A stretch of DNA of 64,000 nt from Podarcis gaigeae (lineage: Eukaryota). Location: assembly GCA_964106915.2 (NCBI GenBank), contig OZ066915.1; one strand, given 5' to 3'. Below are positions 26,003-38,399 of this stretch, piece by piece; position 1 is the first letter of the stretch, and the number at the start of each line of letters is the position of its first letter. The position numbers and the translations under genes are program-made. The notes under the pieces were generated by a model. It ran no database searches, had not been told where the DNA came from, and saw nothing but the letters and a program-made list of their open reading frames with translations.

Positions 26003-27371
26003 CAAAAAATGCTTGAATCAGATTATCTATATCTACATACAGAACACTAAACCATGGTTTATTTAACACCAAGTCAATGATCCCCGGAAACCTGAGCAAA
26101 GAATTGGGCTCATTTGCTTTCCTTTCCTTTGCACAAGGGGTTATTGAGCTGATTTGCTCAGCTGAACATTGTGTGCAAACTGGAATCTCTGGTAAGTTCA
26201 TTACCCCAAGCCAGGATTCTTTGAAAGCAAACTAAATAAACTAAACCCACATCTTACACACATTTAACTTGTATGCATTCAGCTTTATGCACTTGGCAAA
26301 AAAGTAAGGGGAAAAAATGGGAGGAAAGGGGTGAGTGTCTGAGAAAAGAGACTTTGACAACCCTGCCCACCATTGTGTTTTGACTATACAGTATGAGATT
26401 TTGGCTTTAAGCGCGATTCTTGGAACATCGCCCCCTGTAAGCTGCTGGCTTACTGTACAGCAGAAACAGAAGTGGGGAGGGGAAAACATGAGCTTTGCTC
26501 AGAGTTGTGGAGGCTCACTCATGTAAGCACTGAACCATGGTTTAGCATAATGCGTGAAGCAAAAATACTGTGACCTGATTCACACATCATGGTAAGCAAA
26601 ACTGACTTACTGGGGGGTCACTCAAACATGTGACTGCTTAGTTCCTCCCCTGTCTTTTATACCACCAACCTGCACTGAGCTAAGCCAGGGTTTGGCTTAA
26701 CATGCCATTATTATAATGTAGGCTTACTATTAAGCTCTCCACTTGCTAACCACGTGCTATATCTAAGATTTGTCCTTTGAAGTTTTTCAAATAAACAAAC
26801 AAATATGGCTAGGAAAGAGAAACAGAGAGAGCTAGCACATAGAGTGTTGCATAGTGGTTTTCAAGGTGGAAGAATACATTTGAAGCTATTCCAAATGCCA
26901 GTCCCAGTTTATAATGACTAAGATTTACACAGTCAGTGTCACAACAGCAGAAGTGATGAGCATCAGGAGAGAGGAATAAAGAAGAGAAGTATCTGAAGTA
27001 AGAGTAAATGCTCCCTGGAAAATTATTTACACGGCTGTTTTAGTTCTGTATGTACTACATAATAAGGATATGTCATAGAAGCACCATCTTTGGGCAAGCC
27101 TGAGACTAGAAAATTAAAATATAAGGACATCTAGCTTGTTCAGAGACCTGGCCTCCTGTTCCATGAACTTCATAAAGACACATATTCTCCATCCAGAGAA
27201 GGGTTTCAACTATTATCGGAATAACAGTTAATTCTGAAAACTATGTTCTTCTTTAAATTCCCTTCCAGCAAATGGTTCTATGAGACTAAGAAAGAAGCAG
27301 AATCACCAACTAGAATGATTTTATTGGGTGATACAGACAACTTAACATTTTCTCCCTTCTTTTTTGTATAG

Positions 27372-27461
27372 ACGGAAGATGATGAAAAGCTCAAAAAAAG
27401 AAAGGAGAGGTTTGGTATTGTAACAAGCTCGGCTGGGGCAGCAACCACAGAAGATGCAGAG
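27372..27461 (+). CDS. SARNP: SARNP penultimate coding exon, 90 nt, TEDDEKLKKRKERFGIVTSSAGAATTEDAE
   Basis: Long pyrimidine tract then tag|, donor GAG|gtaacg, phase 0/0. Matches human SEDDEKLKKRKERFGIVTSSAGTGTTEDTE. Confidence 0.96.
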
Positions 27462-29491
27462 GTAACGTCAAACCAAAGCTGATAAGGGGCATGTTCTATT
27501 ATTATAATGGTGTGGATAGAAGCTGAGGATTTGTGATGAATTGTGAAAGAATGCCAAACACTCCACAAGATGGCACTGTGTCTCTTTTATCCTGTTCTCT
27601 GCCCCCACCCCCATGGTCCCACTAAACTATCCTAGGTGGTCATATAATACTTCAGATACTCCATCAATGAGCGACCTCAGAAATTGCTTCTTTTCCACTT
27701 CAAAGATAATCAGGTCATTACTGTGCTTTGTGCGGGGAGGGGGGTATTTTCGGGGGGGGGGGGAATAATCTATATTGCTTCAGATTTTTCTATCACTATC
27801 TTGATGAGAAAGAGGAGGCTATAAGTTTATAGTTGCTAACTTTATCCTCATAACAACCCCTGTGAATTGTCCAAGACCACCCAGTTAGTTGGAACTGGAA
27901 GTGAGTTGGAACTGGAATCTGGGTCATCAGGTCCAAACCCAGCTTTCTATCCATTGCAGAGGTAGCATGGTGATTTTCAGTTTGATATGAAACAAATACC
28001 ATGCTGGGTGTATGGAACATTATCTACCTGCCTCTATATACCACTAAAAAAAAACCTGCCTACTGAAATCAATGGCAAGGAGAACGGTCTAAATAAACGT
28101 CCAGCAAAATCGAGATTTTGATGTTGTAGATTTTACAAGCTTGAACCCCACACTTGGCTTCTTTATTTTTGCACCATGCTGTAAGTTTATTCACCTCACG
28201 AAAATGTCACAGAAGGGTACTGAAGGAATCCAATGTTGTTTTATAATAGCAGTTTGTTTATTTATTTTGTACAATAACAATTTCATTTTTTAATAAATTT
28301 GTTAGTCTTTAAGGTGTCACAAGACCGACTGATTCTGCTGCAAGTGACTGACATAGCTATGTCTCTGTATAAAATTATTTTGTTTCCTGTTGAAACCTAG
28401 GGGTTTCCCCCGGACATTTCATAGTTATTCTAACACTTCGGTAGTTCTTTCCTCATGTCACATTTTGCAAATTCTTTGTGGCAAGAATCTATCGTCTTAT
28501 GTGTCTTTTGATCCCTTCTTTGAACTATTTGCCTAATTTTAATCCTCCTACTCTAGCATGACAATTCTTTGTTTCTGTAAATCCATATTCATGCTAATTG
28601 TGATTGGTATTGAGCCATAATGCCCATCACAAGGGGTCTTGTTTTGCCTATGGAATGGAAGCAGTATTTGGGTCCCTGATTCCTCCTCCTTTGAGGAATC
28701 CTGAATATTCTATGCAGGAAGTTTATTTTCTTTGGCATCTTGTATGGGGTTCAGATATGGCTTGGTGCTTTTTGTTTTTGCCAGATGCTATGCAAGCATT
28801 GCGCTACAAAATGAAGTAGCAGCTGTAGAATGATCCCCCTGTTCAATTTGAGCGAAGGGGGTGGCTGGGCTCTGGTCTGAGGGATTCCATGCTTTTCCGT
28901 TAGGTCACTTAGAGAGTGTGCCTGAAACAAAAAGGTCTTTTTCTAGTATTGTATATGCTGAATGGCACCTTTCCCCTGGAGATTCTTGATTAGGACTTCT
29001 GCTACCCCCTAGGCTATTTATCCTGGTAAAAATTAAGATTTATATGCCCCTGGTGTATTAACTTGGAGGCATATCTCAGAGACGCATGAGTATATTTAAT
29101 GCATTTGACTGTGTCCCTCTCGCCTTCCTCATGAATAGAAGAGTGTTAACCCTTTGGCCTTTTACATTTCCCACCTCCCCATTGCCTGGAAGGCTTTCCA
29201 GGCCTGTAAAGTGGTCATTGTTCCAAGCATAGCTCTCTTGTATAACCCAGCAAGATGAAGCAACCACCAGGCCACTGTATCTCATGCTTTTACAGCTTAA
29301 TTTCTGACTCTGGTTGGAGGCCCTGTTGCAATTGCAGTGCCCCTTGTGAAATTTGATATGAAAAATGCTTTCTTAAACCAACACTGTGACACTTCTTATA
29401 GACTTTCTACCTTTCCTTCTGCCAAAACACATGCTCAGCATTGCCATTCCCCTTGTTCTTGATTTTCTCTCTCTTTAATCCCTATTTGCAG

Positions 29492-29533
29492 GCAAAGAAG
29501 AGAAAAAGAGCAGAACGTTTTGGCATCGTCTGA
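29492..29533 (+). CDS. SARNP: SARNP terminal coding exon, AKKRKRAERFGIV*
   Basis: Acceptor cctatttgcag|, stop TGA at 29531-29533. Matches the human C-terminus AKKRKRAERFGIA. Confidence 0.95.
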   Translation, partial: AKKRKRAERFGIV

Positions 29534-29725
29534 TGATCCTTCCTCTTAGCCTTTACTTGTTTGGGATGTATCTTTTATACATTCTTGTTCTTCGTCCCTA
29601 ATGAGGAATATAATTTTCTCCCCCACACAAATCTTGGCTTTGTATTTTAAAACGAGCTCTTCATTTGGGCTTTCCCCTCACCCCTCCCTGGCAGACTTGT
29701 AAAAGAAACAAATTTCAGAGCCTAG

Positions 29726-29731
29726 AATAAA
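29726..29731 (+). terminator. SARNP: Probable SARNP polyadenylation signal
   Basis: AATAAA about 190 nt after the stop, followed by a GT-rich tract (gtgttctgtttgtgtatgt). Confidence 0.65.
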
Positions 29732-32700
29732 AGTGTTCTGTTTGTGTATGTAACAATTTGAATTCTCTGGCAAATTCTCTCGTTAGCCACTTGTAACCAA
29801 ACTATGCCTCCAACTTGCTTCCTCTCTGTACAGATGAAAGCAGCTGCACAAAATAAAGGGATTTGCAAAATATGAGGAATATTAATATTTTTGTCACATT
29901 ATTGAACTCCAGTTGAAGTAGTACGTAAACCCAGAGCTGTCTGAACCTTCCCTGTAATTTTACAAAGCCGTTCATTGTCTCTTTATTTCAATTCTCACAT
30001 TGCCCATGGCTCAGAAATAGTCTTCCTCTTCTATGTCTACTGTTTAGTAAAATAACTCAAAAAGTTCATCTTTCTCACCTGACTGACCCCAATCTGAAAC
30101 TGTTTTTATACTTAAAAGTATTTATCTCCTTGGGTTCTGCTAAAAGTTCTCTAACATTAGGTCTTAGGAAGTCATATGATGTCAGCCTTACATCTATATG
30201 GGTCATATATTATTGTCAGCATTAGTCCTTTTTTTAATGCCTTGTGCAGCTATTATGTATTCTAAATGATGTTTTTAGCCCATATAATGGGATGAATTGT
30301 ATCAGACTGTGACTGGCTGCAGTATAGAGCATCCCAGGATGCAGAAAGTGAAAAACTTTACCATGAATTTCTGAAAGGTCACTTACTGCAAATGCTGATA
30401 ATTTCCTTCTCTGAAAGTAGCATCAAAAAGCTCTAAGATTATAGCTGTGGAAAGAATTGTTGTAAAATGTAATGTTCAAGTTCAGTGTTTTTACACTACT
30501 TTCATTTCCCAGGTGGATTTTCAAATTGCACTGTTTTTTTGTTTCTCTTTTGAGTCAAAATGCTTCTAGTTGCAATTTAATAAAGATAACAAATTGGAGA
30601 AAGCCTCTGTCCTTTCACATTGTTGCATCTCATTTTCTTCCAAATAACTTATTCATGCTTGTTTCAGAAGTGCAGGGCTATCTCACCAAAAATATACCTC
30701 TGACCAAGTGATTCCATCTTTATTCCTGTTTTACTTCGTATAGCCAAAACCCCTTTTTACAGGTATATTTCATATTTTATATAGGGAAGAAGTTACTAGA
30801 CTTTTTCTATGTACTAAAGGTATCCTTTCCTGTTTGTGTCTGGATTTATATACTGTTATTGGGTTGGCTTTTGGAATGAATGTTGTTCCATTTGTGCTCT
30901 TGAGTATGTGTGTTGGGGGGGTGTTTTATCCTAATTTTTCATTCAAAGGTGAATGGCTTTTTTTTTTGATCCAACACACAACTCCTTTCTTTTGTGTATA
31001 ATACAGATTAAACAATGCATTTAAAAGCCATTAGCTGACTCTTGTTGATTTTATACTGAATTCATTAAATGTTGTGTGTTTTATTTGTGCTTTTCCAGTG
31101 TGCTTGTACTTTCATTATTCATGCCATCTCCGAGCAATTTTCTAATGATCTGGTCCTGAGGTCGTATAGTATCAGTTCAACACCCTAATTTCTCAAAATG
31201 AATATTGTGATTTTATTTTATATGTTTAGTTTTGTAATATGTGTTTTCTACTCATAAGATTTTGGCAGTTTGATTACTTGGTTGAAATGTTTTGTAGCTT
31301 ATGATGAAACCAGAACTGCATTGCATTCCTGGTTTCATAATAAAACTGCTTCTTTACGGCAATACTTGTATCTTGCTCTTTGAGGGATCAGAGCATAACT
31401 GAATGTACCTTTTGTGTTTACATCTACTGGCATGCAAGTTTACAAAACTGCAGCTAAGGGAACATGTAATGGTCTTGCTTAATTAGTTCTCAGTGTGGAG
31501 TTTTAACTGTAGAAAATGCATAATTCTGATTATTCGTTTTCAATACCACACTTGAGTTTCAGTTAATCATAGGATTTTTCTCATATATTCTGGTTATTTC
31601 TGTTTATCCAACTTGCACCAAATGAAAGAAGAGAGAAGGAGTGCACAAGTTCCCCCCTTCTGAAAGCAGTACTATAGCAACCGAGGTAACATCATTTGGG
31701 GGTTTTTTTCTAAAATATGTATACATATCGCTAAGAAATTATATGTTTAAGTTTATGAAACAGCTTGAAGTTATTAGCCATAATAAATTTTGTTGATGTT
31801 TAGGGTGCTACGAGATTCTTAGGTTTTGCTGCAAGAAACTAACATGGCTACCCATCTGGAAATAGTTACTAGTTAAGTTCCTAAAGAAAGGTGCAGATAA
31901 TATTTATATAATTGTACAGTCTTATCTAGCAAAGCTTAATTGTTGTGGTTGGAATGGATCTTGTCCTTGCTATATAGTTTGCAGAGAAATAAATCTCAAA
32001 GAGGCATTTATCATTGTGCATCCACCTTCATATTTATTCTTAGCTCAACAAAAACAAAACTAGGGCCCAGAGTAATCACATCTTATTTTTTCTTTTTCAC
32101 ATTTATTCATTCAAATAATTACTCCCTCCTAGTTCTGTACTCAATTGTTAATTCCCACTCCACACAAGGGTGCTGTAAGGAGGGGTGCTATTGACTCTTA
32201 ACTATTCATTAACCACTCTGGTGGTAGAGTATAAAAGGACAGTTACGGCATTAATCTACATTAATTAATTTTGGGTGTGCACTCCTAATAATTTGTCGAA
32301 GGGACATACACCAGTTTTGAGGCAAAGAAGGCAATGGCTCCGATTCTCACACTGAATTGGCTTTGGTGCGCAGTATTCATATTGTCTGCTTTGTGTTTCA
32401 CAGAAGTATTAAAATGCCTGTAAATCATGGCAGCAGCTGCTAGAAAACAAACATCCTGTTTTGTTCAGGTATCACCAAATGGAAAGCTAGTTGCCTACAT
32501 GAACTCAAACACTTGTGTAGATAGAATCCAAGAAATATTCAGCCTAGATCAAATTCTAGTAACTGCTACGATCTTGCCACACATTTAAGGATAGTGTTGC
32601 TATTGTAACAGTTCATTATTCCGTAAGTTTCATTCTTGTTCATTAAAAAACAAATAGGAAAGCTAAGTCCTGGGAATTAAATGCAGGCCTCTCTGTCCAG

Positions 32701-32957
32701 CCCTTCGGACTCTCTGCAATCTGCACCCTATTTTCCAATGCAACACCCATCAGTGGCCTTGATGCATACCCTCTTCAACTGTTCTGGCCTGGCAGGAAGT
32801 TATTCTTGAACTGACTGTGCATCCTTACTTGTCTGAATAGATGGGGGTATAGAAACCTCTGACTTTTGCATGGCTGGAATGTAGTCTACTGTACAGAGGG
32901 AAGAGCTGTGTCCCTTGCTGCACCCATCTTATTTGCCCCTGGCTATGTCCATAAATT

Positions 32958-33296
32958 GGGATGCGGGTGGCGTTTTGTGTTAAACCACAGAACCTAGGAC
33001 TTGCCAATCAGAAGGTCGGCAGTTCGAATCCCCGTGACGGGGTGAGCTCCCGTTGCTCGGTCCCTGCTCCTGCCAACCTAGCAGTTTGAAAGCACATCAA
33101 GTGCAAGTAGATAAATAGGTACCACTCCGGCGGGAAGGTAAACGGCGTTTCTGTGTGCTGCTCTAGTCATGCTGGCCACATGACCCTGAAGCTGTCTGCG
33201 GACAAGCGCTGGCTCCCTCGGCCAATAAAGCGAGATGAGCGCCGCAACCCCAGAGTCAGTCACAACTGGACCTAATGGTCAGGGGTCCCTTTACCT
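32958..33296 (+). mobile_element. Sauria SINE, full length
   Basis: tRNA-derived head (gggatgcgggtggcg...gttcgaatccc) and Bov-B-like tail. 12-bp TSD tatgtccataaa at 32944-32955 and 33297-33308. Confidence 0.93.
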
Positions 33297-33774
33297 TATG
33301 TCCATAAACAGTGTGCTGCCTCGAGAAGGTTGCTCAGGAGGGATTGTGGCCCTTGGGCTGCAAAAGCTTCTCCACTCTGCTGATTTAAAGAGTTTTTGTC
33401 CCACTCTCCAGCCAAAAATAGCTCCCAGACCAGTTTATGAATATCAGTATTAAGACAGTCCCAGGGCTGATGCTTACAATCTAAAAGTATGTAAAAGGAA
33501 AATTGGAAGAGTGAAGGAAAAAAGCAAACTCATGCACTAGTTCTTTAGTTACACAGTTCTTATAACAACCAGCTGGAACAGAAAACAGTACAAGGAGATG
33601 ATGAGCCAAAAATTACTTATCTCTCAGCTGGGCCAGTTTAATGGCTCTGTTTCCCACCTCTTCCTCTGTCTACTCTGCTCAATCTTTGGATGGAATTGCT
33701 TTTGTCAGGTGGCAGTTGATGGAGGGAAAACCCTAATAGCTGCTTCTAATCCAGTGGTTAGGGTTTTGCTAACA

Positions 33775-33910
33775 CGGGCTTCCTCAAACTTGGCCCTCTG
33801 GATGTTTTGGGCCTACAACTCCCATGATCCCTAGCTAGCCGGACCAGTGGTCTGGGATGATGGGAATTGTAGTCCCAAAACTGCTGGAGGGCCGAGTTTG
33901 AGGACGCCTG
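33775..33910. mobile_element. Short palindromic hAT-type MITE (136 bp)
   Basis: Same family as the 20701 copy; perfect 8-bp TSD tgctaaca. Confidence 0.88.
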
Positions 33911-34121
33911 TGCTAACACTTGTTTAATCTCTGCAACTGCTGCTTCTAAATCAGTGGAGGCAATTCTATTGTTTCTCCGTTACAGGACATAGATGAATGA
34001 ATATACAAGCATCTTAGAAAAATCCCTTTATTATACTGAACCAAAGGCCCATTGGTGGCAGTTGTTAATTGAGAACGAAATGGGTGGTATTCAGCTAAGT
34101 TTTACTCAGAGTAGAGCAATA

Positions 34122-34363
34122 CAGTGGTACCTCGGGTTACATACGCTTCAGGTTATATACACTTCAGGTTACAAACGCCGCTAACCCAGAAATATTACCT
34201 CAGGTTAAGAACTTTGCTTTAGGATGAGAACAGAAATCGTGCAGTGGTGGCACAGCAGCAGCAGGAGGCCCCATTAGCTAAAGTGGTGCTTCAGGTTAAG
34301 AACAGTTTCAGGTTAAGAACGGACCTCCAGAACGAATTAAGTACTTAACCCGAAGTACCAATG
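34122..34363. mobile_element. Tc1/mariner (Tigger-like) MITE, same family
   Basis: TIR cagtggtacctcgggtta, TA TSD; nearly identical to the 9961 and 57973 copies. Confidence 0.88.
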
Positions 34364-35755
34364 TAGTTATGTTCATTAATTTCAAAGTTAGGTCCATTAA
34401 TTTCAGTGGATCTACTCTGACTAAAATTTAGTTGAAACAGAACAGCTGCCGTCCAGGTTAACTATTCGAAATAAAAGATAAATATAAATATACACAGAAA
34501 ACACAAGCAGCTGATTTAAAAAGGATGGCTTGATATCTTCTTATAGGTCCATCTACACTTTGCCCATGCCCCCCATTTCAGTGCTTTAAATAAAAATACT
34601 TTTTGGAATATGTTGCTTATCAGTCATATCTACTGTCCTATAATAATGGTATAGTCATAACTCCTGTTCCCCACCTCCTTTACTTACCTAGCAACCTTCT
34701 GTACCCTTCAAGGGTAACTGTCCCTCCGTATTTATTCTCCCTGCCTTGTGCCCCACTCCTGCATTGGGAGAAGGGTTTTATTAGAGAGGACACTATCTTT
34801 CCAAGGGTATGTATTGCCCCTTCTTCAGCAAAGGGGTGGGTGGGGGTGAAATCATTCTAATCAAACTGTGTTTAAAACACTACCTAATTTATTTTTCCTC
34901 TCTAAGCTGGGGGCTGCTCGTGACTAATTTGAGCTGAATAGGCAGATAGAAAAAGCATCAGGCATACAATGAGCGGCAGAAAGTGTGGGAAAACTAGCGA
35001 AAGAAAGGGATGGCCGAGCCTTGCAGCGTGAGAGCTAAGGAAGGCCGTGTAGCACCCAAATTCAGCATGAAGTCACTTTTCAACAGTAGACGCTTGGGCT
35101 CTAAATGCAAGTAGGACTATAGGTCAGGGAGGGGGAAAATGGAAATTTGTGTTAAGTTTGCACAATGTAAACGGGAGAAGGGATCTTGTGTGTGCGTGCG
35201 TGCGTGCATCCCTTCACAAAGAAATACAAACACATGTTCTTCCCAATTGCAATGTCCTCTTCTCCCCAGTGGCCTCTTGCCCCTGAGCCCTCTGTGGGTG
35301 GGTTTGAAAATCTTTCTCCTGTTTAAATTCAGGAAAATAAGAAAACAAAGGGAGAGGGGGAGCCTGGAAGTGTGTGCCAGTGAGGAGTTAATAAAGAGAA
35401 ATGTGTCGTCCTCCCTGCCCCCAGTCCCGCTGCTCTTTTAAATATTTATAGAGACACAGCGAAATTTTATTTCTAGAGGCGGGGAAATCAAGTGACCTCT
35501 CACCTGAAGCTCTGACCTCTTGAAACTCAGATTATTTCCCCTCTGCCAGGGGAGGAGTTAGAAAGGATTGGTCAGTTTCATGCCAGCTGTGAGATGAACT
35601 GCTTCCTTGTGCTCAGAGTTGTCGTTTCTCTTTCATGTCAGCCACTTTCCACATTGCCTCTACTGATCCCAAGAAGCAGAATGGTTGCTGTAGTTTAAAA
35701 TGGTCTGGTTATTTCCACATCAAATTTCTCCTGGAATAGGCACTGGTCTTGTTAA

Positions 35756-36320
35756 TTACACCATGCTCGCATCTCTACCGATGCATTTAACAAATTGGGG
35801 TAAATAGTAGAAGTACTCTATAGAAGCAATGTCATTTGGTTTTACTACACCTGGTAGCATATCATTTAAGGCGTCCAGAAGATGCATTATGCGATCTATC
35901 TGTGATAGAAAGGCCTTTGGTTTTGGGTAGTTGACAAATATCAATATCAAATCCCATCCTTTTCCCTGGACCAAGGTTTGCCAGGCAACTGAGTTACCCT
36001 ATAATATGTCACAATCAATGTTATGGATCATATCTTCTCTAATATCTATACTTCCAGATGTTTTCCTTCCAGGGTTCAGGGGTGCTCCTTCTATTGCTTC
36101 ATTTGTTTTGATACCCCGCTCCTGGATTTATTCCTCAGATAGTAACTGGATCTCTGTTCTGTTTGGTCCCTGCTTCGGGATTTCTTCCTCAGATATTGAC
36201 TGGATCTCTGTTGTGTTTGGCCCCACTTTGCTTTCCTCTTTGTTTGTGGGGCAAGTTTGTTTGGGCCGGTTGTGGATGTTGTTGGAATCAATTTATACAG
36301 TTTCTGCCACTGTTTTTTTC
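35756..36320 (-). pseudogene. Decayed reading frame of unknown origin (about 188 codons, 3 internal stops), possibly a retroelement ORF1 fragment
   Basis: One frame reads KKTVAETV*IDSNN...GPNTTEIQSISEEEIPKQGPNRTEIQLLSEE*IQER...DIL*GNSVAWQTLVQGKGWDLILIFVNYPKP...DASMV*, with no frameshift and a 54-nt in-frame repeat. Confidence 0.5.
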
Positions 36321-36885
36321 TAACACAATGGTGGGGTAAATAATGTTTTTGTATTATCACTTATTAACAAGGTGATAAGGGAATGTCATCCACAAATGTA
36401 CGTTAGCTTTGGGAATGAATATTAGACAACAGAGGAAAATATTCAGTGCTCTGCAAGAATTAAGGCAGAGTTCATAAGTGTGCTGGATATGACCATATAT
36501 GTTACTTTTGAGAGTTGGAAGGGGTTCTGTGGGCCAGCTAGTCCAACCCTATATAATGCAGGGATCTCAAGTAGATCATGCAAGTGATACAAGTCTCACC
36601 CTGAAGTCAACCAAACACTGGTTAGTACACATAATCATGCCTACCATGAGACCACAATGAGGGCCATTTTGCAGCCTGTGTGCATTCCTTAGCAGCTGCC
36701 CAGCAGAGCTACTTCAAATTATCAAGAGATGACTGGCTCCCATTGTGGTGGAGGGACCTCTCGAACATTTGAAGACCCCCTGTGGTCAGCTGACTGCACA
36801 TTTTGAGGATACCGTCCCTCAACTTCAGAGTGACTTTGACTCTGCAGTTGTTGCAGTTCCAACCAGGTCCTAAGCTGAATCCCTG

Positions 36886-37213
36886 GCGTCTCCACCTCCA
36901 TCATTCTGCCCGGACACTGAGGTCCAGTGCCATGGGCCTTCTGGTGGTTCCCTTGCTGCGAGAAGCCAAGTTATAAGGAACCAGGCAGAGGGCCTTCTCG
37001 GTAGTGGCACCTGCCTTGTGGAACACCCTCCCACCAGATGTCAAAGAGAAAAATAACTACCAAACTTTTAGAAGACATCTGAAGGCAGCCCTGTTTAGGG
37101 AAGCTTTTAATGTTTAATAGGCTATTGTATTTTAGTATTTTGTTGGAAGCTGCCCAGAGTAGCTGGGGAAACCCAGCCAGATGGGCGGGGTATAAATAAT
37201 AATAATAATAATA

Positions 37214-37248
<35 letters not shown>
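36886..37248 (+). mobile_element. Second copy of the same L2-type LINE 3' fragment
   Basis: Aligns by eye along its length with 13688-14040 and has the same tail structure. Confidence 0.85.
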
Positions 37249-38399
37249 CTCCAGTTTAAAAAATTTGTGGGCCACAAATTCAGGTGCTTCTGTGCTGCTG
37301 TTTGAAGGCATTTATTAAATTTATATACCGCCCTTCCTCCCAAAGGAGTCCAGGGCATACCTCGAATGAGAAGATGCCCTTTTCTGTGCATGCTTCCTGG
37401 CCACATTATCTCCCATGAGCAAGTCAGGTGGAAGCCAATCATGCTTTCTTGCTCCGTGTTTTAATTACTGTGGGCATTTGTATGAGGGCAGACTTGTTAT
37501 GCGGCAGCAAAGAGGAAGGCTAGAAAGCCTATATTATGTCATAGCTGGCACAAGTTTTGGCCCTGGTTTGTGGGTGGCCGTCAGCACGAAGCATGGCCAT
37601 CACTATCACTGTTCTCATTTGTCCAGTCTTTCCTCAGATTGTGCTCCTATCTATCCCCCATATCCATACAGACACTCTCTCCCTTTAAATTAGGTCAGCT
37701 AGTCACCAAGCAGAAGCAGGTGATACAGACATGACCAGAACAATAGCAATTGCTCATTAAACTTTCAACATCTCCCTTCACAACAAACATGCACATCCAA
37801 GCAGAAACTTTTCGGTCCTGATAGTCTTGCTATCACCACAATAGATGCTTTCCTCCAAGTGAGGGGCATAAAATAAGTTCCAGAGGCATGATTGTTTGTA
37901 TAAGTTCAGGTCCTATCTGGAAAGCCACTCTTGGCTATATTACTTTCTTCTGAGGAAGGTGTTGCATTGTGGAAAGCATGATGGGAAGAAAGCACCTGCT
38001 AGTGTTGACGATTTGTACTGGGAGTAGCAGGATTGGTGCTTAAATTTATAGGCAGATGCAATCCATCCATTTGGATGAAGCAGAATATATGCATCTAAAT
38101 AATGTGTATAAAACATCTCAGAATTAAGAAATAATTTTTCCTGGCCAAACTGTCAGAGCAGCCTCACCTCCAATGTGTTCCCCAATGTGCTTAAACCCAT
38201 ATGCAACCCCTAAAAGTGGCAATGGGTCCAAGCACGGCAGAAGTTGGTTCTTGGGAATATTTCAGGGGAAAATGGCACTGGCTTGATATATAGAAAGCAT
38301 CAAGTTTCAGTCAGTAGGTTTTCCAACCCTTTCATTTATTTGCTACTAATAAAGACATCTTGTCATGAGACTTAACCTATATGTTTTCAATCTGAGCTA

